From Candidatus Sericytochromatia bacterium (GTDB lineage Bacteria > Cyanobacteriota > Sericytochromatia > S15B-MN24 > UBA4093): 64,000 nucleotides of DNA. The DNA lies in contig JAKFBU010000026.1 of assembly GCA_036676985.1 (NCBI GenBank), forward strand, positions 32,001 to 96,000, in the 5' to 3' direction. Position numbers and translations under genes: made by a program. The notes under the pieces were generated by a model. It made no database searches and had not been told where the DNA came from. It was given only the letters and a program-made list of their open reading frames with translations. Shown one piece after another: positions 55,647 through 64,000 of this stretch; position 1 is the first letter of the stretch, and the number at the start of each line of letters is the position of its first letter.

Positions 55647-58070
55647 GTGAAAAAAGAAATCGTCATCAGCGAGGCGGAAGACCTGGCAGTCGTCTTCGAG
55701 AACGGCCGGGCCGCCGAGTTCGTGCTGCGCCAGGGTGAGCAGTTGGTCGGCGACATCGTGCTCGGCAAGGTCGAGTCGGTTGTCCCCGCCATCGAAGCGG
55801 CCTTCATCAACATCGGCCATGAGAAGAACGGCTTCATCCACGTCGCCGACCTTCCCAACATCCTCTCGCCCCGCAAGCGCACCAAGCCGCAGCCCATCCG
55901 CAGCGGCGAGAAGCTGCTGGTCCAGATTGCCAAGGCCCCGACCGGGACCAAGGGCGCCCGCCTCACCGGCCGCCTCTCCATCCCCGGCCGCTACCTGGTC
56001 TTCGTGCCCCACGACAACCGCGTCTGCATGTCGCGGATGATCACGGACCCCCGCGAGCGCGAGCGCCTGCGCCGCATCGCCACGGACCTCAAGGACCCGG
56101 GCCACGGCCTGATCGTCCGCACCGAGGCCGTCAACTGCACCGAAGAGGAGCTGCGCCGCGACGTCGAGGAGCTCATCGAGCGCTGGACCGACATCCTGCA
56201 CGGCGCCCAGATGAAGGCCCCCCCGGCCCTCCTCTACCGTGACAACGACCTCTTGACCCGCGTCTTGCGCGATCGCCTCACGGCCGACACCGAGCGCATC
56301 GTGGTCGACACCCAGGATGCCTACCAGCGCGCCAAGGCCATGCTGAGCAGCTGGATGCCCGAGATGGTCCGCAACCTGACGGTGCACCGCGGCCGCAGCC
56401 CCTTGATGCAGCACTACCGCATCGCCGAGGAAATCGAGTCGGCCCTCAAGCCCAAGGTCAACCTGCCCTCGGGCGGCTCCATCGTCATCGAGGCCACCGA
56501 GGCCCTGACGGTCATCGACGTCAACTCGGGCAAGCTGACCAGCTCGCGCAGCCTCCAGGAGACGGTCCTCAAGACCAACATCGAGGCCGCGGCCGAGATC
56601 GCTCGTCAGATTCGCCTCCGCGACATCGGCGGCATCATCATCGTCGACTTCATCTCCATGGACTTCCCCGCCGATCGCCAGAAGGTGCTCGCGGCCATGA
56701 ACGAGGCCATCAAGTCCGACAAGAGCCGTCCCCAGATCACCAGCCAGTTCTCCGAGCACGGGCTCATGGAGCTGAGCCGCCGCCGCCAGGGGCAGAGCCT
56801 CCTGGAGCAGCTCACCAAGCTCTGCCCCACCTGCCTGGGTCTCGGCCGCCTGCGCAACGAGGTGCTTCCGAGCGAGCACGAGGCCCTGCCCTCGCCCAAG
56901 TTCGAGGCGCGTGCGCCGAAGACGACCGAGGAGGCCGCGGGCACCATCGTCGAGGAGCTGCTCGAGGAGCCGGTCGTCGTCGAGGCCCCCACCTATCCGG
57001 GCGAGGGTCCGCGCGTGGACATGGAGACCGAGGAGGAGTCCGAGGAGCGTCGTCGCCGTCGTCGCCGGCGGGGTCGTCGCGGCCGCGGTCGCGGCGCCGA
57101 GGAGGCCCCCGGCATGACCGCCACCATGGCGGGTCCGGCCCCGGCCTACGAGGAAGAGGAAGAAGAAGCGGAAGTCGAGGAGGTCTCGGCCCCCGGCTTC
57201 GCCTTCGAGCCGATGGAGCTCGAGACCTTCGAGGCCCGTCCCAGCGAGGAGCGCTACGAGCGTGCGGAGCGTGGCGAGCGTCCCGAGCGCGGCGAACGCG
57301 GCGAGCGTGGTGGCCGTGAGCGCGGCCGTCGGGGTCGCGGGGGACGCGACCGCAGCGAGCGTGGCGAGCGTTTCCGCGAGGAGCGTGCCGCAGCGCCCGT
57401 GTCCGCTCCGGTGACCGAGGCCTGGCCTGCCCAGCCGACCGAGCCCGCAGGCCCCTCGCCCTGGGGTGAGGCCGCCGCTCCCGCGGCCGTTGCCGAGCCC
57501 GCGGTCGAGGCGCCCGTCCGGGTGTTCCGTCCTAAGAGCCGTCCGCGTCCCAAGATGGCGATGGTCGAAGTGGCGCCCGGCGTCATGCAGCTGGTCCCGG
57601 TCGAAGAGGCCGAGGCGATGCGGAAGGCCGCGCCCGAGCCCGAAGTGGCGCCCGCCGAGATCCCGGCTCCCGAGGCCGAGGCTCCCGTCGAGGTCGCAGC
57701 ACCAGAGGCCCCCGTCGAAGAGGCCGCTGCCGAGCCCGTCGCCGAGGCGCCTGCCGAGGAAGCCGCCGCTCCCGCCGAGGAAGTCGCTCCGGTCCGCAAG
57801 ACCGCGCGTCGTCGCCCGGTGAAGGGCCGCGCCACCAAGGCCGCCGCGGAGGCCCCCGCCGAGGAGGCGCCCGAGGCCGAGGCGCCCGCCGAGGTCCCGG
57901 CACCCGAGGCTCCGGTCGAAGCGGCTGCCGCTCCCGCGGAGGCTCCGGCTGAAGAAGCCGCCGAGACCGAGGCTCCGGCCGAGGAAGCGACCGAAGAGGA
58001 GGCCAAGCCGGCTCGCCGTGCACCCGCCCGTCGTCGGTCGACCAGGACCCGCAAGACCACCAAGGAGTAA
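55647..58070 (+). CDS. rne: Ribonuclease E/G with long disordered C-terminal region
   Basis: AAFINIG.EKNGF, KGARLT...S.PGRYLV, TEALTVIDVNSG, LRDIGGIIIVDFI and CPTC.GLG motifs; R-rich and E/A/P-rich tail. Confidence 0.95.
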   Translation: MKKEIVISEAEDLAVVFENGRAAEFVLRQGEQLVGDIVLGKVESVVPAIEAAFINIGHEKNGFIHVADLPNILSPRKRTKPQPIRSGEKLLVQIAKAPTGTKGARLTGRLSIPGRYLVFVPHDNRVCMSRMITDPRERERLRRIATDLKDPGHGLIVRTEAVNCTEEELRRDVEELIERWTDILHGAQMKAPPALLYRDNDLLTRVLRDRLTADTERIVVDTQDAYQRAKAMLSSWMPEMVRNLTVHRGRSPLMQHYRIAEEIESALKPKVNLPSGGSIVIEATEALTVIDVNSGKLTSSRSLQETVLKTNIEAAAEIARQIRLRDIGGIIIVDFISMDFPADRQKVLAAMNEAIKSDKSRPQITSQFSEHGLMELSRRRQGQSLLEQLTKLCPTCLGLGRLRNEVLPSEHEALPSPKFEARAPKTTEEAAGTIVEELLEEPVVVEAPTYPGEGPRVDMETEEESEERRRRRRRRGRRGRGRGAEEAPGMTATMAGPAPAYEEEEEEAEVEEVSAPGFAFEPMELETFEARPSEERYERAERGERPERGERGERGGRERGRRGRGGRDRSERGERFREERAAAPVSAPVTEAWPAQPTEPAGPSPWGEAAAPAAVAEPAVEAPVRVFRPKSRPRPKMAMVEVAPGVMQLVPVEEAEAMRKAAPEPEVAPAEIPAPEAEAPVEVAAPEAPVEEAAAEPVAEAPAEEAAAPAEEVAPVRKTARRRPVKGRATKAAAEAPAEEAPEAEAPAEVPAPEAPVEAAAAPAEAPAEEAAETEAPAEEATEEEAKPARRAPARRRSTRTRKTTKE

Positions 58071-58073
58071 GCG

Positions 58074-58991
58074 ATGGAGCCGCAGTTGCTCTCGGTCCCT
58101 CCGGAGGCCAAAGGCGAGCGGCTCGATCAGTTCCTTCACCGGCACCTACCGACCCTGTCCCGATCCCGCCTTCAGGAGCTGATCGAGGCGGGGTCGGTCC
58201 TTTTGAACGGCAAGTCCACCAAGCCGAGCCTCAAGCTGAAGGGGGGCGAGACCGTCGAGGTCGAGATCCCCGCCCCGCGCGAGCTCTCGGTGGCCGCGGA
58301 GGCGATCCCGCTCGACGTGGTCTACGAGGACGCCGACCTCATCGTCATCAACAAGCCGCAGGGCATGGTCACCCACCCGGCCCCCGGGGCCTGGGAGGGC
58401 ACGCTGGTCAACGCCCTGTTGGCCCACTGCCGGGACCTCTCGGGGATCGGCGGAGTGGCGCGGCCGGGGATCGTCCACCGCCTGGACAAGGACACGTCGG
58501 GCCTCCTGGTGGTGGCGAAGAACGACGCCTCCCATCAGGCCCTGTCCGCTCAAATTGCGGCCAAGACCGCCAAGCGCCAGTACCTGGCGGTCGTCACGGG
58601 CGTGCCCGCCACCGAGGAGGGCTCCATCGACGCCCCCATCGCTCGCCATCCCAGCGAGCGCGTCAAGATGGCCGTGGTGCCGGGCGGGCGGCATGCGCTC
58701 ACCCACTGGCGGGTGCTGGAGGCCTTCCGGGACGCGAGCCTGGTCGAGGTGACGCTCGCGACGGGGCGGACCCACCAGATCCGGGTCCACATGGCCCACC
58801 TGGGCCACCCGCTCGTGGGCGACCCCGTCTACGGCCCCAAGTCGCGTCTCCCCGTGAAGCTGGAGGGTCAGGCCCTGCATGCCTTCCGGCTGGCCTTCGA
58901 CCACCCGACCACCGGCCTGCGCATGGAGTTCGAGGTGGCTCCGCCGGAGCGGTTCCAGGCGCTCATGCGGTACCTGCGATCGCGCGCGTAG
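58074..58991 (+). CDS. rluD: RluA-family 23S rRNA pseudouridine synthase (RluD-like)
   Basis: S4 domain RLDQFL...SRSR.Q; NKP.GMV.HP, HRLDKDTSG and TGRTHQIRVH motifs. Confidence 0.93.
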   Translation: MEPQLLSVPPEAKGERLDQFLHRHLPTLSRSRLQELIEAGSVLLNGKSTKPSLKLKGGETVEVEIPAPRELSVAAEAIPLDVVYEDADLIVINKPQGMVTHPAPGAWEGTLVNALLAHCRDLSGIGGVARPGIVHRLDKDTSGLLVVAKNDASHQALSAQIAAKTAKRQYLAVVTGVPATEEGSIDAPIARHPSERVKMAVVPGGRHALTHWRVLEAFRDASLVEVTLATGRTHQIRVHMAHLGHPLVGDPVYGPKSRLPVKLEGQALHAFRLAFDHPTTGLRMEFEVAPPERFQALMRYLRSRA

Positions 58992-59055
58992 CGCTCGTTT
59001 GCAGCGGTATGGCGCGGGTATACTAGCCACTGAAGACGACCCCTAGGAGGTAGCG

Positions 59056-60270
59056 GTGCGGCGGAGTTCCCTGATCGCGATCATGCTGGTGTGTCTCGCG
59101 GGGCCGGCCGGTGCCGAGACGCTCGCGACCCCGTTCGAGCCGACGAGCGATCCCATCGGCGAGATTGAGTTCGCGACGGATCCCGGCGCCATGGCGCCTC
59201 GCTACCTCAGGGCCTTGCGGCTCCAGGTGGGCGATCGCCCGACCAAGAGCCAGCTGAGCCTTGCGCTGGAGCGCCTCTCCGCGCTGCCGAACCTCGCGAA
59301 CGTGGAGCTGAAGCAGTCGGGCTCCCTCCTGACGCTCGACTTCGACGAGCACCCGGTCAGCTCGTTCATGGTGGTGCCGGTGCCCTTTTTGTGGATGGTC
59401 TCGGCCAACACGGCCTTCCGGGACTGGCGGGTGGGGGACTTCTACGTGTCGAGCCGGGCGGAGCTCGGCTACATGTGGGACACCCTCCAGGTCTACGATC
59501 CCCGGCAGGCCAAGCCCACGCCCATGTCCTTCAACAACGACTACGTCTACGGCATCGCGAGCGCGGGGCTCCTGCTCGCGCCGGACCTGCGCCTGCAGCT
59601 GTTCGGTGAGGGCTACGTCTCGGACGTCCAGCCGGATGGCCCCGGGGCTGCCTTGTCCTCGACCTACGCACCCCAGGCGCAGGGCCGGGGCTTCAGCCTG
59701 ACGCTCGGGCCGGAATTGCGGTACGACAACTCCGACGACGAGACCTTCCCGCGCCTGGGGACCCGGGTGCGGGTCGGATCGTACTTCGGCTCGCCTTATC
59801 TCGGCGGTTTGAGCGACTATGCGATTTACCGGGGGGAGCTGCAGCGCTACAGCCCGCTCGGTCCCTCGGAGACGGTCATCACCGGCATCCGGGGCGGCAT
59901 GGGGCGCGGCGAGTTGCCGTGGAACCACAAGTTCTGGGCTGGCGGCAGCTACAATCTGCGCGGTTATCCTTACCAGCGGTTCCTGGGCGATCAGATGCTC
60001 GTGGGGACGCTCGAGTACCGGCGTCGCCTGGCCACGGATCTCGTTCCGGGCTGGGTCTCGGGGCTGGGGCTTACGGGCGGAGCCTTCGTGGACGTGGGCC
60101 GGGTATGGGAAGCGCGCTTCGGGACGCCGTTCCCGCAGGACATCCGTGCGGGCGCGGGCGGGTACCTGGGCTTTACTCTCGGTTCCTGGAACATGGGCCG
60201 GATCGAGGCGTCCTACGGGACCGAGGGGCCTTACGTGGGCATGGCGGCGGGGTTGCCGTTCGACTGGTAG
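59056..60270 (+). CDS. Omp85/BamA-TamA-like surface antigen protein (short, one POTRA-like segment)
   Basis: Signal peptide; YDNSDD..FP..G, GG...LRGY..QRF.GD, EYR and FVDVG.VW barrel motifs; C-terminal aromatic residues. Confidence 0.8.
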   Translation: MRRSSLIAIMLVCLAGPAGAETLATPFEPTSDPIGEIEFATDPGAMAPRYLRALRLQVGDRPTKSQLSLALERLSALPNLANVELKQSGSLLTLDFDEHPVSSFMVVPVPFLWMVSANTAFRDWRVGDFYVSSRAELGYMWDTLQVYDPRQAKPTPMSFNNDYVYGIASAGLLLAPDLRLQLFGEGYVSDVQPDGPGAALSSTYAPQAQGRGFSLTLGPELRYDNSDDETFPRLGTRVRVGSYFGSPYLGGLSDYAIYRGELQRYSPLGPSETVITGIRGGMGRGELPWNHKFWAGGSYNLRGYPYQRFLGDQMLVGTLEYRRRLATDLVPGWVSGLGLTGGAFVDVGRVWEARFGTPFPQDIRAGAGGYLGFTLGSWNMGRIEASYGTEGPYVGMAAGLPFDW

Positions 60271-60304
60271 CCGCTCGACTCCCGACTGATCTACCCCCCT
60301 CAAT

Positions 60305-60476
60305 GAACCCGTTCGCCCTTCGAGAGCCTCAGGGTGAACGGGATTGTCGTTGACCTCAAGGGATCGGCGTTCAATCCAAGAGAGCGCCAATCAAGCCTTT
60401 CAATTCACGGGGAAGGTGACTCGAACCACCCTCAACAATCCGTTCGTCCTGAGGCTCTCGAAGGAACGAACGGTTC
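60305..60476. repeat. Inverted doublet of CCCTTCGAGAGCCTCAGG-type REP-like repeat
   Basis: 60305-60346 is a near reverse complement of 60436-60476. Confidence 0.85.
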
Positions 60477-60477
60477 C

Positions 60478-61977
60478 TTATTGCCTGAGCGACCGCGTCC
60501 GGAAGTACTCCTGCACGCCCGCGAGGATGGCCTCCGCCGCCCGTTGCTGGTACTGGGCGTTGTTCAGCAGCCGCTCCTCGGTCGGGTTCGACAGGTAGCC
60601 GACCTCCACGAGCACCGCGGGCATCTTGTTGTATTTCACCACCACGAAGTTGTTCCGCCGGATACCACGGTCCGGCCGCTTCAGCTGGTTGACCAGCTTG
60701 CGGTGCACCGAGCGCGCCAGGGGCAGGGACTTGGGCGTGAAGTAGTAAGTCTCGATGCCCGTCACCCGCGGGTCGCCCACGTGGTTCGCATGGATGGAGA
60801 TGAACACGTCCGAGTCGAAGGCGTCCCCCACCTCGACGCGCGGCCGCAGGTGGATCTGCATGTCCTTGGTGCGGGTCATCTCGACCTGCATGCCCGAGTC
60901 CTGCATCAGCTTGCGCAGGCGCAGGGCCATCTGGAGCGTGACGTCCTTCTCGAGCGTGCCCTCGTAGCCGATGGTGCCCGGGTCATGCCCGCCGTGGCCC
61001 GCGTCGATGGTCACGCGCCGTTCATTGGCGTTCTTGCGCGACGACTGGGCCGGCTCCTCCTCTTGTTTCGGCGGTTGTTGCGCCAGTGGCGGTTGGACAA
61101 GGGGCACTGGCGCTCCGCCCAGGGAGAGCACCAGCGTCTTCTGGTTCCCCAGCTGGCGCAGCGAGTACTTGATTGGCTGATCGAACTCCACGATCACCCG
61201 GTGGGTCTTCTGGTTCACGGGCACGATGCGCACCCGCGCGATCAGGCCGTTGTCGACGTAGAGGCTGTCCTTGGGCAGCTCGCTGCCCGCCCCCTGCAGG
61301 TCGAACTGGAGCCTGTCGCCCCGGTTGCCACGCCCCACCGCATAGCTGAAGGCCGTCTGGGTCGTGATGGTCAATTGCCAGCCCCCGCCCACGCGGTGCA
61401 GCGAGAGGCCGGCCGGTCCCGAGGGCTCCTCATGCGCCCGGGGGCGCGCAAAGGCGACCGGGGCCCGCGTCGACTGCGGCACGGGGCGGGCAGTCGGCCG
61501 GGGCCTGGGCTTGGGCGTCGCGCGGACCACCACCAGGGGCGCCGGGGTGGGGCGCACGGTCTCGGGTGCGGCGTCGGGCGTGCCCGCCGCGACCCGGAAG
61601 GCCAGCCGGTAGTTGCCAGGGCCCGGGTTGGTGAGCTCGGGCGCATACTCGGTCTTGCGCTCCAGGTCGAAGACGATGCGGAGCACGCCGCCCTTGAACT
61701 GGGCGGCGCGGATGCGCTTGATGGGCGTGCCCGGGATGCCCTTGAGGCTGGTGGTCCCGTCGGTGTAACGGGCGTTCGGGATATCGACGACCAATCGCTC
61801 GGGCGAGCTCAGGTGGAAGGAGCGCGGGGTCATGGGGCCGTTGCCGTACAGCACGACCAGGCCCTGCGCCTCGTCGTAGCCGAAGAGGCGGATCTGGGTC
61901 GGGCCGGCAGCCTCCGCCCGCCCCATCAACAGGAACAGGGCCATCAGGGCCGTGAGCAAGAGCCTAAGCACCATCAA
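60478..61977 (-). CDS. N-acetylmuramoyl-L-alanine amidase (AMIN domains + Amidase_3)
   Basis: P.RLVVDI AMIN domain; IDAGHGGHDPG, EKDVTL, FISIHAN and PAVLVEVGYLSN motifs. Confidence 0.93.
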   Translation of the reverse strand: MMVLRLLLTALMALFLLMGRAEAAGPTQIRLFGYDEAQGLVVLYGNGPMTPRSFHLSSPERLVVDIPNARYTDGTTSLKGIPGTPIKRIRAAQFKGGVLRIVFDLERKTEYAPELTNPGPGNYRLAFRVAAGTPDAAPETVRPTPAPLVVVRATPKPRPRPTARPVPQSTRAPVAFARPRAHEEPSGPAGLSLHRVGGGWQLTITTQTAFSYAVGRGNRGDRLQFDLQGAGSELPKDSLYVDNGLIARVRIVPVNQKTHRVIVEFDQPIKYSLRQLGNQKTLVLSLGGAPVPLVQPPLAQQPPKQEEEPAQSSRKNANERRVTIDAGHGGHDPGTIGYEGTLEKDVTLQMALRLRKLMQDSGMQVEMTRTKDMQIHLRPRVEVGDAFDSDVFISIHANHVGDPRVTGIETYYFTPKSLPLARSVHRKLVNQLKRPDRGIRRNNFVVVKYNKMPAVLVEVGYLSNPTEERLLNNAQYQQRAAEAILAGVQEYFRTRSLRQ

Positions 61978-61983
61978 CCTCCG

Positions 61984-62961
61984 CTAGGCGGACCCGGGGG
62001 CGAGCGAGAGCTTGTCCGGCATGGCGTTGACGGCGTCGGGGCGGCGAACGGGGCGGCTGAGATCGAAGGGGCCGACCTGGCCCGAAAGGGGCGTCCCCTC
62101 TCGCTTGAACTGCACGGCCTTGATGCGGCCGGTCTCCGTAAGCGTGAGGACCGTGGCGCGGATGGCCATCTCCGAGGGGGTGGCCTGGGGCGCGTTCTTC
62201 CAGAGGACCTGTGCCACGTCGCCCTCGAGGCCGTTCCAGCGCAGGTCGGTCGCGGCCTCCAGGCTCGGTGCGAGGAAGGACTGCAGATCCTGGGGCGGTC
62301 CCTGGCGCAGGAGGGCGAAGCTGCCCTTGAGGGGCTCGTTCTGACGCTTGGCGGGCAAGGGCACGCGCAGGGGCACCAGGTACTCCGTGCTGGGCAAGCG
62401 GTAGTAGACCGTCACCGTCAGGCCGCTGCCTTCACCGAGGTACAGGTTCTCCATGCCGGGATCCGTGCTCGTGAACGGCCGCGTGAGATCTAAGTGCTCG
62501 CTCTCCCAGGGGGCTCCCTTGGAGTCGAGCAGGGAGAGCTTCAGCTCCTGGATCCGCTCGGCATTGGCCGCCGTCCGGACCACGGCTCCGGCGAGGAGCT
62601 GCTCGCCCCCGCTGCCCATGGCCCCGTCCGCGAGCTTGAGGCTCACTTCGGCCTTGCCGTCCGAGAGATGCTTGACCTCGACCTTGCTGCCCGGCGGCAC
62701 CGGAGCCATCAGGCCGGGAGGGACCTCGTCGATGAGCTCCTTGAGGGCCGCTTGCAGGGCCGCCTTGCGCGAGCCGGGCAGGGAGAGACGCTCGGTCACG
62801 GGCACCAGATACATGCCCTGAGGATCGAGGTAGTAGAGCGTGACCTCCCGTTCGATCCCCTTGGGCCGCAGCCACCATGTCCCGAACGCCACCCCGGCGA
62901 TCAGCACGAGGGCCAGGACGGCGAGGGCGGCGACGCGGCGGGCGCGCTTCCTTCTAGACAA
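61984..62961 (-). CDS. GerMN (sporulation/germination-type) domain membrane-anchored protein
   Basis: N-terminal TM; two copies of V.(L/V)YY.....YLVP; AL.EL..GP and IRATVLTLTE...IKAVQF motifs. Confidence 0.8.
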   Translation of the reverse strand: MSRRKRARRVAALAVLALVLIAGVAFGTWWLRPKGIEREVTLYYLDPQGMYLVPVTERLSLPGSRKAALQAALKELIDEVPPGLMAPVPPGSKVEVKHLSDGKAEVSLKLADGAMGSGGEQLLAGAVVRTAANAERIQELKLSLLDSKGAPWESEHLDLTRPFTSTDPGMENLYLGEGSGLTVTVYYRLPSTEYLVPLRVPLPAKRQNEPLKGSFALLRQGPPQDLQSFLAPSLEAATDLRWNGLEGDVAQVLWKNAPQATPSEMAIRATVLTLTETGRIKAVQFKREGTPLSGQVGPFDLSRPVRRPDAVNAMPDKLSLAPGSA

Positions 62962-63073
62962 GGCTCGAGGGCCCGACGAGCTCGCGCGACGTCATGGTGA
63001 CCATCGCTCCGCGCAGGGCGACCTGCTGGGCCTTGGGGTGTTTGCTATTGGCCCACTTGGAATGGCCGGTGAT
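62954..63073 (-). pseudogene. yebC: Decayed 5' remnant of a YebC/PmpR-family gene
   Basis: AAGGAGG-N8-ATC, then ITGHSKWANSKHPKAQQVALRGAMVTMTSREL, versus the YebC consensus M(A/S)GHSKWANIKH(R/K)K..QDAKRG..FT...REI. Stop at codon 40. Confidence 0.75.
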
Positions 63074-63260
63074 AGGTCAACCCTCCTTATGGGGCCCCAA
63101 TCTCCCTTGAAAGGGGGGAGAACGAGGCCCTGAATTTGATTCTAGTATAGCATCCGAGTAGCGGGGCCGAAAGGGGCGCCATTGGCCGACTATAGGTCGG
63201 GCGACCGGCCCTGTCCTGGCCGTCTGACAAAAATTTTTTGCCGAAAAATCCCTCGACCCC

Positions 63261-63289
63261 TTGCTTTTTCCAGAGGGGGTTCCTATAAT
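63261..63289 (+). promoter_or_regulatory. Sigma70 promoter of hup
   Basis: TTGCTT-N17-TATAAT. Confidence 0.75.
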
Positions 63290-63389
63290 CACCTCAAAGT
63301 TCATTAAACTTTGTTACGCCGTTCAGGGAAACGGGCGCCAGACAAGGTTTATACATCCCACCCCTTCGTCTCACAGCAGGAGGAATCAA

Positions 63390-63701
63390 ATGAACAAGGA
63401 AGAACTCATCAAGGCCATCAGCACCAAGGCCAAGGTCTCCCAGAAGGAAGCTGGTGAGTGCCTCAACGCCACCATCGAGGCCATCAGCCAGGCCCTCGCC
63501 CGTGGCCACAAGGTGACCCTCGTCGGCTTCGGCACCTTCCAGGTCCGCCAGCGCGCCGCCCGTGAGGGCCGCAACCCCCGCACCGGCGCGGTCCTGAAGA
63601 TCCCCGCCAAGAAGTCGCCGGTGTGGACCGCCGGTAAGAACCTCAAGGAGCGGATCGAGGGCAAGAAGAAGCAGCTCGCCGGCGCTGGCCGCGGCCGCTA
63701 A
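63390..63701 (+). CDS. hup: DNA-binding protein HU
   Basis: MNKEELI, VTLVGFGTF, R.AREGRNPRTG...IPA motifs. AGGAGG RBS. Confidence 0.97.
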   Translation: MNKEELIKAISTKAKVSQKEAGECLNATIEAISQALARGHKVTLVGFGTFQVRQRAAREGRNPRTGAVLKIPAKKSPVWTAGKNLKERIEGKKKQLAGAGRGR

Positions 63702-63717
63702 GGCTTCCCGATAGCCG

Positions 63718-63754
63718 AAAGTCCCCGAAGGCACTGCCTTCGGGGACTTTTTTT
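63718..63754. terminator. Intrinsic terminator (possibly bidirectional)
   Basis: AAAGTCCCCGAAGGCA-c-TGCCTTCGGGGACTTTTTTT. Confidence 0.9.
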
Positions 63755-63923
63755 CGTTGGGCCGGAGTCACAAATCTTAAGGGCGCCCATGGGCCGGGCG
63801 CTCCGCGATGGGCGAAACGCCCGCTCCGGCGGAGCTCGGGCGATGAACCAATGTAACGGCCGCTGGAAGCGCCCACGGTGGGCAGGTTTGGCGATCGCCG
63901 AAACGCATGTCCTCTTCCCAGGC

Positions 63924-64000
63924 CTAGTGCGTGGTCGCCTCGCTCTGGGCCTTGAGGTCGGTGAGCAGCTTGGTCATGAGGTGTGCTGGTACCTCCTGGT
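63924..64000 (-). CDS. 3' end of a gene, probably elongation factor G-like (truncated by window end)
   Basis: ...QEVPAHLMTKLLTDLKAQSEATTH* resembles the EF-G C-terminal Y.EVP...K motif. Confidence 0.5.
   Translation of the reverse strand, partial: QEVPAHLMTKLLTDLKAQSEATTH

Noticed and set aside
55644-58145. 833-aa minus-strand ORF
   Set aside because: Antisense shadow of rne.
60334-62493. 719-aa plus-strand ORF
   Set aside because: Shadow of the amidase/GerMN genes; it starts inside a REP-like repeat.
63756-63920. Several short GC hairpins resembling a tRNA or sRNA
   Set aside because: No T-loop or D-loop consensus; expected by chance at this GC content.

Overview
GC-rich bacterial chromosome segment. 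Most of it (6.3-42.6 kb) is a Firmicutes-style flagellar and chemotaxis region: flgBC-fliEFGHIJ-fliK-flgD-TIGR02530-flgE-[second FliK-like + FlhB-C protein]-flbD-motAB-fliLM-fliY-fliOPQR-flhB, cheR, cheW-[unknown 604-aa repeat protein]-cheX-cheY-cheA-cheR-cheB, an opposite-strand MCP + porin pair, then flhA-ycgR-orf-fliA. Housekeeping genes flank it: murJ, an APC permease, panC/cmk, ilvE, ruvC/A/B, rne, rluD, an Omp85 protein, an amidase/GerMN pair, hup, and an EF-G-like 3' end. Outer-membrane genes together with cyanobacteria-type markers (adjacent panC-cmk; DUF3326 with its small upstream partner) suggest a non-photosynthetic relative of Cyanobacteria such as Sericytochromatia. That placement is inference only. 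No rRNA, tRNA, CRISPR array, transposase or prophage was seen. The most interesting observations are: a 70/139-aa repeat solenoid protein coupled inside the che operon; a structured RNA between TIGR02530 and flgE; a yebC pseudogene remnant leading into the GerMN-amidase operon; a slippery heptamer that could fuse PanC to Cmk; three unrelated REP-like inverted doublets; and an HD-GYP-PilZ fusion. All family assignments come from motif recognition by eye, not database searches.
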